A DNA stretch of 64,000 nt from the NCBI GenBank assembly GCA_027314915.1, contig DAHUZZ010000010.1, forward strand, positions 3,221 to 67,220, in the 5' to 3' direction. The position numbers and the translations under genes were made by a program. The notes under the pieces were generated by a model. It worked only from the letters and a program-made list of their open reading frames with translations. It was not told the origin of the DNA and did not search any database. The DNA comes from Thermoplasmata archaeon. Lineage in GTDB: Archaea; Thermoplasmatota; Thermoplasmata; Lutacidiplasmatales; UBA184. Shown here one piece after another: positions 48,092-56,720 of the stretch (position 1 is its first letter; every line of letters begins with the position of its first letter).

Positions 48092-48711
48092 AGCACCTGG
48101 GCGTGGCGGATCACGTCGTCGACGATCTGGTTCACGTCGAGCGCCGTCTCCTCCGCCTGGATCTGGACGAGCGAGCTCCGGGTCGCCGGCCGGTCCGGCA
48201 CCGCCTGGCAGCAGAGGCCCGGGCGGATCGAGATCCCGTAGGTCCCGATGGACCGGGCGAGCTCCTCGATCTCGTGCTTGTCGTAGCCGATCAGCGGCCG
48301 GACGATGGGGAGCCCGACGGCGGAGGTGGCCGAGCGCATGTTCGAGAGCGTCTGCGAGGCGACCTGGCCGAGCGCCTCGCCGGTGACCAGCACCTGGGCG
48401 CCCTCGCGCTCCGCGATCCGCTCGGCGGACCGCCACATGAAGCGCCGGCAGAGGACGCACCCGACGTGCCGGTCGGTCGAGCGCATGAGGGTGATCTGGG
48501 TCGGCCCGTGGGGCAGGACGTAGAGCGGGATCTTCTGCTGGAACCGCTCGCGGAGGAGCTGGATGTGGTCGGTCACCTTCCCCATCGGGGATTCGTCGGT
48601 GAACGGCCGGTTGTCCATGTGCACCGCGATCATCTCGTGTCCCTGGCGGAGCATCAGGTAGAGCGCGACGGGCGAGTCGATCCCCCCGCTCATGAGCATC
48701 ACGCCGCGCAT
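48088..48711 (-). CDS. stand-alone ThiI-type PP-loop (AANH) sulfurtransferase domain protein
   Basis: ORF track, 207 aa. PP-loop LMSGGIDSPVA, TGEALGQVASQT and the CCQAVPDRPAT motif. No N-terminal ferredoxin-like/THUMP region and no rhodanese domain. Confidence 0.8.
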   Translation of the reverse strand: MRGVMLMSGGIDSPVALYLMLRQGHEMIAVHMDNRPFTDESPMGKVTDHIQLLRERFQQKIPLYVLPHGPTQITLMRSTDRHVGCVLCRRFMWRSAERIAEREGAQVLVTGEALGQVASQTLSNMRSATSAVGLPIVRPLIGYDKHEIEELARSIGTYGISIRPGLCCQAVPDRPATRSSLVQIQAEETALDVNQIVDDVIRHAQVL

Positions 48712-48814
48712 GCGACCCCCTACCGCCCTGCCGGGTATTAGAGGTCGGCCGGGGCCGCCGGGCCCCCGGCGTCCCGGGCGGAACGCCGTACCGACGGCGC
48801 CGGGCCCGCCCCGG

Positions 48815-48823
48815 TTTAAATAG
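48815..48823 (+). promoter_or_regulatory. TATA-like box of the 48844 hydrolase gene
   Basis: tttaaatag, centred about 25 nt upstream of ATG 48844. Confidence 0.5.
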
Positions 48824-48843
48824 ACCCGCCCCTACCCGCCCGC

Positions 48844-49671
48844 ATGGCGGGCCCGCCCCCGGCCATCGCCGAGCTCCACCTCCGGGAGGAGGGCTCGGGC
48901 GAGCCGGTGCTGCTCCTACATGGCCTGGGCGGGGACCACACCGTCTTCAACGCCCAGATCCGCCCCCTCGCGGAGCGGTTCCACGTCCTCGCGCCGGACC
49001 TGAGGGGCCACGGCCGGAGCCCCACCCCGGACGGCTCGACGTTCACCTTCGACGAGCTCGAGCAGGACCTGGATGCGCTCGTGGAGGCGCGCGGGACCGG
49101 GCCGGTCCACCTCGTCGGCCTGAGCGCGGGCGGGTTCCTCGCCCTCCGGTGGGTCCTCGACCGGCCGGAACGGGTCCGGAGCCTGGTCCTCCTCTCGACC
49201 GCCGCGCAGTGCGACGGCCATACGCGCGCCATCGCGCAGCACTGGGCCGAGGTCTACCGCGACCAGGGCTACGACGCCTACGTGATGCGGCTGCTCAAGG
49301 ACCTCTACCAGGCGGAGTGGCTCGAGCAGCACCTCGAGGTGATCGACCACGCGCTCGCGACGCTGCGCGGGCAGGACCTCCGCGCCGCGGTGCAGTGGGG
49401 CCTCGCCGTCCGGAACTTCGACGTGAGGAACCGGATCTCCCAGATCCGCGCGCCCACGTCGGTCGCCCACGGCATGGAGGACCGGGTGATCGACGCCTCC
49501 CACGCCCGGTTCCTGCGCCAGGCGATCCCGGGCACCGAGCTCAAGCTCTTCCCGTTCACCGGCCACATGCTGCCCGTGGAGCGGGCGGAGGAGACCACGC
49601 GGCTCCTCCTCGAGTGGCTCGCGCGGCCCCCGCGACGCCCCGGGTCCGCGGGCCCGGCCCCCTCCCCGTGA
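48844..49671 (+). CDS. alpha/beta hydrolase (3-oxoadipate enol-lactonase-like)
   Basis: ORF track. VLLLHGLGGDH, nucleophile elbow VGLSAGG and C-terminal GHMLPVE. Confidence 0.85.
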   Translation: MAGPPPAIAELHLREEGSGEPVLLLHGLGGDHTVFNAQIRPLAERFHVLAPDLRGHGRSPTPDGSTFTFDELEQDLDALVEARGTGPVHLVGLSAGGFLALRWVLDRPERVRSLVLLSTAAQCDGHTRAIAQHWAEVYRDQGYDAYVMRLLKDLYQAEWLEQHLEVIDHALATLRGQDLRAAVQWGLAVRNFDVRNRISQIRAPTSVAHGMEDRVIDASHARFLRQAIPGTELKLFPFTGHMLPVERAEETTRLLLEWLARPPRRPGSAGPAPSP

Positions 49672-49738
49672 CCCGGCGGCGGGCCGGTCAGCGGTGAGCT
49701 TACAACCTTGGGCGCCCGTAGGGGGACGGTCGGGCACG

Positions 49739-49909
49739 ATGGACGAAAGCGTGGAAGCGCTCCGTGCGCAACTCCAGCGGCTCGAGGCGAAGGTCCGCGA
49801 GCTCACGGACCGGATCGGGAACCTGGAGCGGTACAACGTCCCTCGGGTCGAGAACCCGATCGACCAGGCCTCCGTCCGCCAGAAGGTCACCTACGACTGG
49901 CAGTCCTAG
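49739..49909 (+). CDS. hypothetical small coiled-coil protein
   Basis: In frame in ORF 49694..49909 from ATG 49739 (MDESVEALRAQLQRLEAKVRELTDRIGNLERYN...). Confidence 0.4.
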   Translation: MDESVEALRAQLQRLEAKVRELTDRIGNLERYNVPRVENPIDQASVRQKVTYDWQS

Positions 49910-50009
49910 TCGGGCCCGGTCCGCCCCCACTGCGGACCGCGGGCTCTCCGGTTGGCTCCGCACGCTACCGGAAGCCCCCCCACCGCTCGCCGCGGCGGGC
50001 GCGGCCGTC

Positions 50010-50522
50010 GTGGCCGTGCTCCGCGACGGCCCGGAGGGGATCGAGTCGCTCCTCATCCAGCGGTCGGTCCGGGAGGGGGACCCGGCCTCCGGCCAGGTGG
50101 GGCTCCCCGGGGGACGCAAGGACCCGGGCGACGTCACGCTCCTCGGGACCGCGCTCCGCGAGGCGGCCGAGGAGGTCGGGCTCGCGCCCGGCGACCTCGC
50201 CGCCCCTCCCCGTTCCCTCGGGGTCTTCGCGGCGAGCGCCTTCGGGCTCGACGTCGCCGTCTTCGTGGCCGAGCTCGGACCGGGGTCACCCCATCTGAGG
50301 GCGGCGGATCCGGAGGAGGTCGAGAGCATCTTCTGGCTGCCGAGCGCCCGGCTCCGGGCCCCCGAGCCCGTCGTCCGCACGACGCGGCTCGGGCCGCTCA
50401 CGGTCGCCGCGGTGCGCCACGAGGGCCACGTCGTCTGGGGGTTCACCCTCCGGGTGCTGCAGGAGCTGCGGGGCCATCTCGAGGGGTCGGCGGGCGGCCC
50501 GCCGACGGCCCAGCCCCGGTAG
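50010..50522 (+). CDS. NUDIX hydrolase (CoA pyrophosphatase-like)
   Basis: In frame in ORF 49764..50522. Nudix box GLPGGRKDPGDVTLLGTALREAAEEVGL. Start placed at GTG 50010, downstream of the preceding small ORF, and is uncertain. Confidence 0.7.
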   Translation: MAVLRDGPEGIESLLIQRSVREGDPASGQVGLPGGRKDPGDVTLLGTALREAAEEVGLAPGDLAAPPRSLGVFAASAFGLDVAVFVAELGPGSPHLRAADPEEVESIFWLPSARLRAPEPVVRTTRLGPLTVAAVRHEGHVVWGFTLRVLQELRGHLEGSAGGPPTAQPR

Positions 50523-50537
50523 GCCGCTTAAAAAGCG

Positions 50538-50556
50538 TTTATATAGGCCTTATAAA
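50538..50556 (+). promoter_or_regulatory. two tandem TATA boxes (with an A-rich BRE-like stretch) upstream of tbp
   Basis: cttaaaaagcgTTTATATAggcCTTATAAAttcg. The second box is centred about 24 nt upstream of ATG 50577. Confidence 0.6.
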
Positions 50557-50576
50557 TTCGCGGCGTAGGGAGCGTC

Positions 50577-51125
50577 ATGCCGAAGATTCGCATCGAGAAC
50601 GTGGTCGCTTCGACCTCGCTGGGGGACGAACTCGACCTGCAGTCGATCGCGCTGGGGCTCGATGGGGCGGAGTACGAGCCCGAGCAGTTCCCCGGTCTCA
50701 TCTACCGGCTCAAGGAGCCGAAGACGGCGATCCTCCTCTTCCGGTCGGGCAAGGTGGTCTGCACCGGCGCGAAGAGCATGCGGGAGGTGGAGGACTCGAT
50801 CCACACCGTCGCCCAGCAGATCAAGAAGGGCGGCCAGAAGATCAACATGCGCCCGAAGATCGAGGTGCAGAACATCGTCGCGAGCTCCGATCTGGAGTCG
50901 GAGATCAACCTCAACGCCATCGCGGTCACGCTGGGGCTCGACCGGGTCGAGTACGAGCCCGAGCAGTTCCCCGGTCTCGTCTGCCGGATCGAGGAGCCCC
51001 GGGTCGTGGTGCTGCTCTTCGGCAGCGGGAAGCTCGTCTGCACGGGCGCCCGGAAGCCCTCCGACGTCGAGGTCGCCGTGAAGAAGATCACGGCGGAGCT
51101 GCGCGGCGCCGGGCTGCTGAGGTAG
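50577..51125 (+). CDS. tbp: TATA-box binding protein
   Basis: ORF track, 182 aa. Two symmetrical repeats, each with EYEPEQFPGL and LLF.SGK.VCTGA. Confidence 0.95.
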   Translation: MPKIRIENVVASTSLGDELDLQSIALGLDGAEYEPEQFPGLIYRLKEPKTAILLFRSGKVVCTGAKSMREVEDSIHTVAQQIKKGGQKINMRPKIEVQNIVASSDLESEINLNAIAVTLGLDRVEYEPEQFPGLVCRIEEPRVVVLLFGSGKLVCTGARKPSDVEVAVKKITAELRGAGLLR

Positions 51126-51148
51126 CCGTCGCCGCGTCCGAGGCGCTC

Positions 51149-52027
51149 GTGGCCGCCACCGCGGCCGGCCTGCCGGTCGTCGACCACCACTGCCACCTCT
51201 CGCCCACCGGCGAGGGGATCGGGGCCGCCCGCCGGTTCCGCGCGGCCGGCGGCACCCACCTCTTCCTCGCGACCCAGAACTACGAGGCCGGCGTGCCGCT
51301 CTCCCCCGAGGCCTACGAGCGCCAGTTCGAGACGACGCTCGGGCTCGCCCGGGCGGTGGAGGCGGAGGCCGGGGTCCGCGCCTACGCGGTCCTCGGCCCC
51401 TACCCCGTCGACCTGGTGGGCCAGGTCGAGCGGCTCGGGGCCCCGGCGGCGATCGAGCTCCAGGGGCGGGCGATGGAGTCCGCCGGACGGCTCATCGAGG
51501 AGCAGCGGGCGGTCGCCCTCGGCGAGGTGGGCCGCCCGCACTTCCCCACCGCCCCCGAGCTCGCGGGCCCCGTGGAGGAGGTCCTGCGACGGGCGCTCGA
51601 GGTGGCCCGGGACGTCGGCTGCCCGGTGGTCCTGCACGCGGAGGAGCTCGGGCCGGAGGGGTTCCGCGGCCTGGTCGGCCTGGCCGCCCAGGTGGAGTTC
51701 CCGGTCGGGCGGCTCATCAAGCACTACCACCGGAGCGTGCTTCCGACCCCCGAGTACCAGGGGATGGTCCCCTCCTACCTCGCGCGGCGGGAGACGGTGG
51801 CCGCCGCGCTCGCGACCCCGGGGCCGTGGTTCCTCGAGACCGACTTCCTGGACGATCCCGCGCGCCCCGGCGCGGTGCTGGACCTGCCGACGGTGGCCCG
51901 CCGCGCGCACCACGACCTCGCGCAGCACCCCGACCACCTCGCGCTCTGGGAGGTGCCGTTCCAGCGCTCGATCCAGCAGGTCTACGGCTTCACGCCCGAG
52001 ATCGACGCCCGGGGGAACCCGCGATGA
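51149..52027 (+). CDS. TatD-related metal-dependent hydrolase/deoxyribonuclease
   Basis: Tail of ORF 49952..52027 from GTG 51149 (MAATAAGLPVVDHHCHL...VVLHAEE...). Confidence 0.75.
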   Translation: MAATAAGLPVVDHHCHLSPTGEGIGAARRFRAAGGTHLFLATQNYEAGVPLSPEAYERQFETTLGLARAVEAEAGVRAYAVLGPYPVDLVGQVERLGAPAAIELQGRAMESAGRLIEEQRAVALGEVGRPHFPTAPELAGPVEEVLRRALEVARDVGCPVVLHAEELGPEGFRGLVGLAAQVEFPVGRLIKHYHRSVLPTPEYQGMVPSYLARRETVAAALATPGPWFLETDFLDDPARPGAVLDLPTVARRAHHDLAQHPDHLALWEVPFQRSIQQVYGFTPEIDARGNPR

Positions 52028-52674
52028 CCGTCCGGAGGAGCCGAGGGATCCTCATCGCGATCGAGGGGATCGACGGCGCGGGGAAGTCGACGCTGCAGCG
52101 GAACCTGGCCGCGCGCTACCGCCGGCGCGGCTGGCGGGTCGCGATCGCCCGGGAGCCCGCCGACCCGACCCTCGGACGGGCCGCGCAGCGGGCGACGCCG
52201 AAGGACCCGGTCGCGGGCGCGCTGCTCTTCACGTTGGACCGGGCGCTCGCCCGCCCGGGGATCGCCGCCGCGCTCGCGCGCGGGGCGATCGTCCTGCAGG
52301 ACCGGTCCTACTACTCCACGCTCGCCTACCAGGGGAGCGCGCTCCCGGCCGCGCAGGAGCGCTCGCTCGTGACGCTGCAGCGGCAGGTCACGCTCGAGCC
52401 CGACCGGATCCTCTGGGTCGACCTCCCGCCGGCGCGCGCGCTCGCCCGGGTCCGGGGCCGGGGACGGGAGCGCTCGCCGCTCGAGCGGATCCCGACGCTG
52501 AGGAAGGTGCGGCGGGCCTACCGCGGACTGCTCCGGCCCCCCCGGTGGATCCGGCTCGACGGCGGGGCCTCGCCCCCGGAGGTCGCGGAGGCGGCGGAGC
52601 GGGCGCTCGAGCGGTTCGTGGCCGCGCGGATGCGACGCGCCCGCCGGACCCCACGGGGGCGGTCGGCCGCGTGA
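52024..52674 (+). CDS. tmk: thymidylate kinase
   Basis: In frame in ORF 51826..52674. ATG 52024 overlaps the upstream stop (ATGA). P-loop IAIEGIDGAGKST; DRSYYSTLAYQG. Confidence 0.88.
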   Translation: MTVRRSRGILIAIEGIDGAGKSTLQRNLAARYRRRGWRVAIAREPADPTLGRAAQRATPKDPVAGALLFTLDRALARPGIAAALARGAIVLQDRSYYSTLAYQGSALPAAQERSLVTLQRQVTLEPDRILWVDLPPARALARVRGRGRERSPLERIPTLRKVRRAYRGLLRPPRWIRLDGGASPPEVAEAAERALERFVAARMRRARRTPRGRSAA

Positions 52675-52721
52675 GCAAGTACCCATAATGTAGGCCACGG
52701 GCTCCCTCCGCCGGACGATCG

Positions 52722-53873
52722 ATGGCCGACGTGCTCATCCACGAGGAGACGCTCGACGCGGGGTACTTCCCGCCCCGGCTGCCCGGCCGGGAGAAGGAGC
52801 TCGCCCTCCTCTCGAAGCGGTACCGCGAGGGGCTGCTCAAGGGGCTGCCGCAGAACCTCCTCCTGACCGGCGGCATCGGCAGCGGGAAGACCGCGGTGGG
52901 CAACTGGCTCGGGGACCAGCTCCGGAGCGCCGGACGGATCAAGGGGCTGCCCGTCTTCCCGATGTACGTCAACTGCTGGCGGCGGTCGAACGACCGGTCG
53001 ATCCTGCTCGACCTCCTCCGCGGGGTGGGCGTCCACCTGCCCGACCGCGGCTACAGCCTCTCCGAGATGCTCGACATCTTCGAGCAGGGGATCCGGAAGA
53101 ACCCCGGGCACCGGCTCATCGTGCTCGACGAGGTGAGCGCGCTCGTCCGCCAGGGTACCCGGCTCGTCTACCTTCTCGCCCGGTCCCGCGAGGTCTCCCT
53201 GGGGGTGATCTCGCTGTTCCTGATCGCGCCCGAGGACATCCTGCCCTACCTGGATCCCGCGAGCCGCTCGAGCTTCGGCGTGACGCACCGGATGGCGCTC
53301 GCCCCGTACGACGCGGCGGCGCTCCTCGGGATCCTCGCGAGCCGCGCCGAGCTCGCGCTCCGGCCGGGCAGCTACTCGGCCGAGCGGCTCCGCCCCCTCG
53401 CCGAGGCGGCCGCCGGCCGGGGCGGCGATGCCCGGTTCGCCCTCGAGCTGCTGCTCAACGCCGCCCGTTCCGCGGAGTCGGAGGGGCGGGCCGAGATCAC
53501 CGCCGAGGACGTGCGGGCGGCCCGGAGCTCGCTCCTCCCCCCGGAGAACGAGCGGGCGCTCGATGACCTCCCGATCGGGTCGCTCTTCATCCTGCTCGCG
53601 GCGGCCCGGTCGCTCCGCGGTCCGAAGGGCAGCGTGCCCACGGACCGGGCGCGGCAGGCCTACCAGGCGCTCGCGGAGGAGCACGGTGCGAAGCCCATGA
53701 GCCGCGTCACCTTCTGGAGGACCGTGAAGCTCCTCGAGCGGGACGGGCTCATCGAGGTCGAGCCGGCCACCGTGGGACGGCCTTCCCGGCTCCGCCTCGA
53801 CGACCTCCCCGTGAGCCGCCTCGAGCTCCTCCTCGAGGAGCGGGTCGCCGCGAAGCCCCGGGGCAAACGATAA
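52722..53873 (+). CDS. cdc6: Orc1/Cdc6-type DNA replication initiator
   Basis: ORF track, 383 aa. LPGREKELALL, Walker A TGGIGSGKT, Walker B LIVLDEV and a C-terminal winged helix. Confidence 0.92.
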   Translation: MADVLIHEETLDAGYFPPRLPGREKELALLSKRYREGLLKGLPQNLLLTGGIGSGKTAVGNWLGDQLRSAGRIKGLPVFPMYVNCWRRSNDRSILLDLLRGVGVHLPDRGYSLSEMLDIFEQGIRKNPGHRLIVLDEVSALVRQGTRLVYLLARSREVSLGVISLFLIAPEDILPYLDPASRSSFGVTHRMALAPYDAAALLGILASRAELALRPGSYSAERLRPLAEAAAGRGGDARFALELLLNAARSAESEGRAEITAEDVRAARSSLLPPENERALDDLPIGSLFILLAAARSLRGPKGSVPTDRARQAYQALAEEHGAKPMSRVTFWRTVKLLERDGLIEVEPATVGRPSRLRLDDLPVSRLELLLEERVAAKPRGKR

Positions 53874-53897
53874 GCTCGCGTCCCGGCTGGAACGCGC

Positions 53898-54812
53898 ATG
53901 GCGACGGAGCCCCTCGCCGCGCCGTTGCCCGTGGTCGGCGCGGGCCGGCTGCCGTCGTGGATCTCCGTGCGCCCGCCGCGCGGGCAGTACCCCGAAGTGC
54001 GGTCCCTCCTCGACGGGCTCGCCCTCGGCACCGTGTGCCGGGAGGCGCACTGCCCGAACCTCTCCGAGTGCTGGTCGGCCGGCACGGCGACGCTCCTGCT
54101 GCTCGGCACCGACTGCACCCGGCGCTGCGGTTTCTGCGCGGTCCGGACCCGGTCGCCCCATGGCCGCCTCGACCCGACGGAGCCCGCGCGCGTCGCGGAG
54201 GGGGTCCGCCGCTGGGGGCTCCGGTACGTCGTGCTCACGCAGGTCTGCCGCGACGACCTCCCCGATGGCGGGGCCGGGATCCTGGCGGAGACCGTGGCGC
54301 GGATCCGGAGGGAGTCGCCCGGGACGCTCATCGAGCTCCTCGTCGGGGACCTCGGCGGATCGCCGGAGAACCTGCGCACCCTCCTCGCGGAGCCGCCGGA
54401 CGTCCTCGCGCACAACCTCGAGACGGTCCGGCGCCTGAGCCCGACGGTGCGGGACCGCCGGGCGGGCTATGCGAGGTCGCTCGAGCTCCTCGCGCAGGTG
54501 AAGGAGCTCGGGGGACCCGGGCAGGTCACCAAGAGCTCGATCATGCTCGGGCTCGGCGAGGACCGCGGGGAGCTCACCGAGAGCTTCCGCGACCTCCGGG
54601 GGAGCGGCGTCGACCTCCTCACCCTCGGGCAGTACCTCCGGCCCTCGGCCGGGCACGTGGCCGTGGAGCGGTACGTGACGCCGGGGGAGTTCGACGAGCT
54701 GCGGTCGGGCGCGCTCGCGGAGGGGTTCTCGGGGGTCGAAGCGGGCCCCCTGGTGCGGAGCTCGTACCGGGCCGAGGAGCTATATCGTCGCGCGGCCGCC
54801 CGGGGCCGTTAG
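53898..54812 (+). CDS. lipA: lipoyl synthase
   Basis: ORF track. CPNLSECWSAGTAT and the radical SAM motif CTRRCGFCAV. Confidence 0.92.
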   Translation: MATEPLAAPLPVVGAGRLPSWISVRPPRGQYPEVRSLLDGLALGTVCREAHCPNLSECWSAGTATLLLLGTDCTRRCGFCAVRTRSPHGRLDPTEPARVAEGVRRWGLRYVVLTQVCRDDLPDGGAGILAETVARIRRESPGTLIELLVGDLGGSPENLRTLLAEPPDVLAHNLETVRRLSPTVRDRRAGYARSLELLAQVKELGGPGQVTKSSIMLGLGEDRGELTESFRDLRGSGVDLLTLGQYLRPSAGHVAVERYVTPGEFDELRSGALAEGFSGVEAGPLVRSSYRAEELYRRAAARGR

Positions 54813-54815
54813 CTG

Positions 54816-55193
54816 ATGGCGAAGAAGGTACGCTCCCGGCCCGAGGCGACCGAGGAGAGCAAGTTCGAGTTCCCCGTCTTCGATGAGCGGGCGTTCATCC
54901 GGCACGAGCTCTCGCTGACCACCGGGTCCGTCCTCGCCATCGGCTGGGCGCTCCTCGCGGCGGTCCTCTCCAGCATCATCAGCCTGATCGGCGGCGGCAC
55001 CCTCCACCTGGTCGGCGCCGCGTCCCTGGGGCTCCTGGTGGTCGTCAGCTCCGGCGTCCTCTTCCCCCGGATCGACCGGGACTTCGCGACCTACACGCGG
55101 GGCGACTGGGCGAGCGTCTTCCTGCTCGAGATCTTCGCCTGGCTCGGCATCTGGCTGCTCCTCGCCGGGGCCTTCGGGCACCTCACGAGCTAG
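54816..55193 (+). CDS. hypothetical membrane protein
   Basis: ORF track, 125 aa. Charged N-terminus followed by about 3 TM helices. Confidence 0.6.
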   Translation: MAKKVRSRPEATEESKFEFPVFDERAFIRHELSLTTGSVLAIGWALLAAVLSSIISLIGGGTLHLVGAASLGLLVVVSSGVLFPRIDRDFATYTRGDWASVFLLEIFAWLGIWLLLAGAFGHLTS

Positions 55194-56604
55194 CGGCGCC
55201 GTCCGGGACGAGCCAGGGGAGCCGCTTGACGAGCAGCTCGCCCAGCGCGAGCTCGAGCTCCGGGACCTCGTGCGCCCGGTCGAGCGGGACGAACCGGTCC
55301 TCCGCGCGGAGCGATCGCGTGAGGTCGCGCCCGAGCGAGATCCGGTCCATGTGCCGGTTCAGCGCCGCCTCGAGCCCCGGCTCCCCCCGGCGCGTCTCCA
55401 CGGCGAGCCGTCCGTCCTCGGCGACGAACGGCCCCTGGAGGACCGGCGCCGAGGGATCGGTCCACTTGGCGAGGAACTGGGCGACGCGATCCGGCCCGGG
55501 CGGCGGGCCGTCCTGGGACCGCACCTCGGAGAGCGCCGCGGGGTCCGCCTCGAGCAGGATCGTGACCGTCGCCTCGCTCGCCGCGAACGCGCTCCCCACG
55601 ACGGTGAAGCCGGCCCGGCGGGCCTCCTCCGCGATGGCCCGGGCCCCCTTGGCGAGCTGCGGGTAGACGATGTCGTCGACCAGCCTCGGGCGGGGGAGGG
55701 TGAGCGCCACGACGTGGGTCCGGCGGGCGCGGATCCGTTCGAGGGCGCCCGCGCGGCCGAGCCGGGCGGCCGGGCGGGGCCGGAAGAACCTCGGGTCCGG
55801 CGCGGCGAGGTAGGCCTGCGCCGCGAGGAGGAGGAGGGTGAAGTTCCGGCGCGAGAGCGCGCTCGTCACGTTCCGGTGGGGGTCGACCGGGTCGTCGAGG
55901 AGGAGCGGTACCTCGGCCGGGACCCTCGGGGAGGAGCCCGGGGTGAACACGATCCGGACCGGCGGGGTGAAGGTGCGGGCCGCGGCGAGCAGCTCGTCCA
56001 GGGACCCGTACTTGAGGATCAGGAGCTCGACGGCGTACCCGGAGAGCCCCTGGGTCTTGGCCTCGGAGCCGTAGATCCCCTGCGCCCGGAGGAACTGCTT
56101 GGCGAGCCGGGTCTCCTCGATGAGCTCCGGGGTCTGGTGGGTCCGCAGGTACTCGTGGTGGAACGGGGTGCGGTCGACCGCCGTCTGCGGGTGCGAGGGG
56201 TCGCGGATGGCGTAGCCGGGAACGGCGTCGACCTGGAACCCCTCGTACGTCCCGCGCAGGTAGGGGTGCTCCGCGTACCGCGTCTCCGCGGTCTCGAAGA
56301 GGAGGCCCGCGAGCTGGAGCCCGTGCGACTCGAGGTCGGCCCGGGGCAGCTCGGGCGGGAAGAGCAGGAAGAGGTCGATGTCCACCCGGTCGCTGAGGAA
56401 GGTGCCGCGCGCGGCGCTGCCGGCCACGACGGCGCGCACGAGCGGCAGGTGGTGCTCGTGCGCCTTCCGGGCGGCGAGATCGAGGAGCCGTCCACGGACG
56501 CCGGCGACCCGGTCGAGCATCTCCGCCGTCGGGGCGATCTCCCGGCGCACCTCCGCCTCGATCGACGCGAGCTTCGGGGGCCGACCCCCGGTGGGACCCG
56601 GCAC
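55183..56604 (-). CDS. cca: CCA-adding enzyme (archaeal class I tRNA nucleotidyltransferase)
   Basis: ORF track, 473 aa. GSAARGTFLSDRVDIDLFLLF nucleotidyltransferase motif; AEHPYLRG...VDAVPGY. Confidence 0.9.
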   Translation of the reverse strand: MPGPTGGRPPKLASIEAEVRREIAPTAEMLDRVAGVRGRLLDLAARKAHEHHLPLVRAVVAGSAARGTFLSDRVDIDLFLLFPPELPRADLESHGLQLAGLLFETAETRYAEHPYLRGTYEGFQVDAVPGYAIRDPSHPQTAVDRTPFHHEYLRTHQTPELIEETRLAKQFLRAQGIYGSEAKTQGLSGYAVELLILKYGSLDELLAAARTFTPPVRIVFTPGSSPRVPAEVPLLLDDPVDPHRNVTSALSRRNFTLLLLAAQAYLAAPDPRFFRPRPAARLGRAGALERIRARRTHVVALTLPRPRLVDDIVYPQLAKGARAIAEEARRAGFTVVGSAFAASEATVTILLEADPAALSEVRSQDGPPPGPDRVAQFLAKWTDPSAPVLQGPFVAEDGRLAVETRRGEPGLEAALNRHMDRISLGRDLTRSLRAEDRFVPLDRAHEVPELELALGELLVKRLPWLVPDGAASS

Positions 56605-56720
56605 GACGGGCGGGAGGGCCCCGGGGGCTTAGGACTTTGGATGGCGGGCCGGAGCCCTCCCGAGCGGCCGCCACGAAACCGTCATTCCCCGCCGGGGGCT
56701 GCGTCCCCGCGGGGGGATCC

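Noticed and set aside
50670-50978. A 30-nt perfect direct DNA repeat (gagtacgagcccgagcagttccccggtctc at 50670-50699 and 50949-50978)
   Set aside because: Both copies encode the EYEPEQFPGL segment of the two structural repeats of TBP. Conserved protein sequence plus extreme GC3 codon bias explains the identity. It is not a mobile or regulatory repeat.
52675-53897. Possible replication origin next to the Orc1/Cdc6 gene
   Set aside because: The flanking intergenic regions are only 47 bp and 24 bp. They contain a TATA-like element but no AT-rich unwinding element and no repeated ORB-like boxes. If an origin exists, it is not adjacent to this cdc6 copy within the window.
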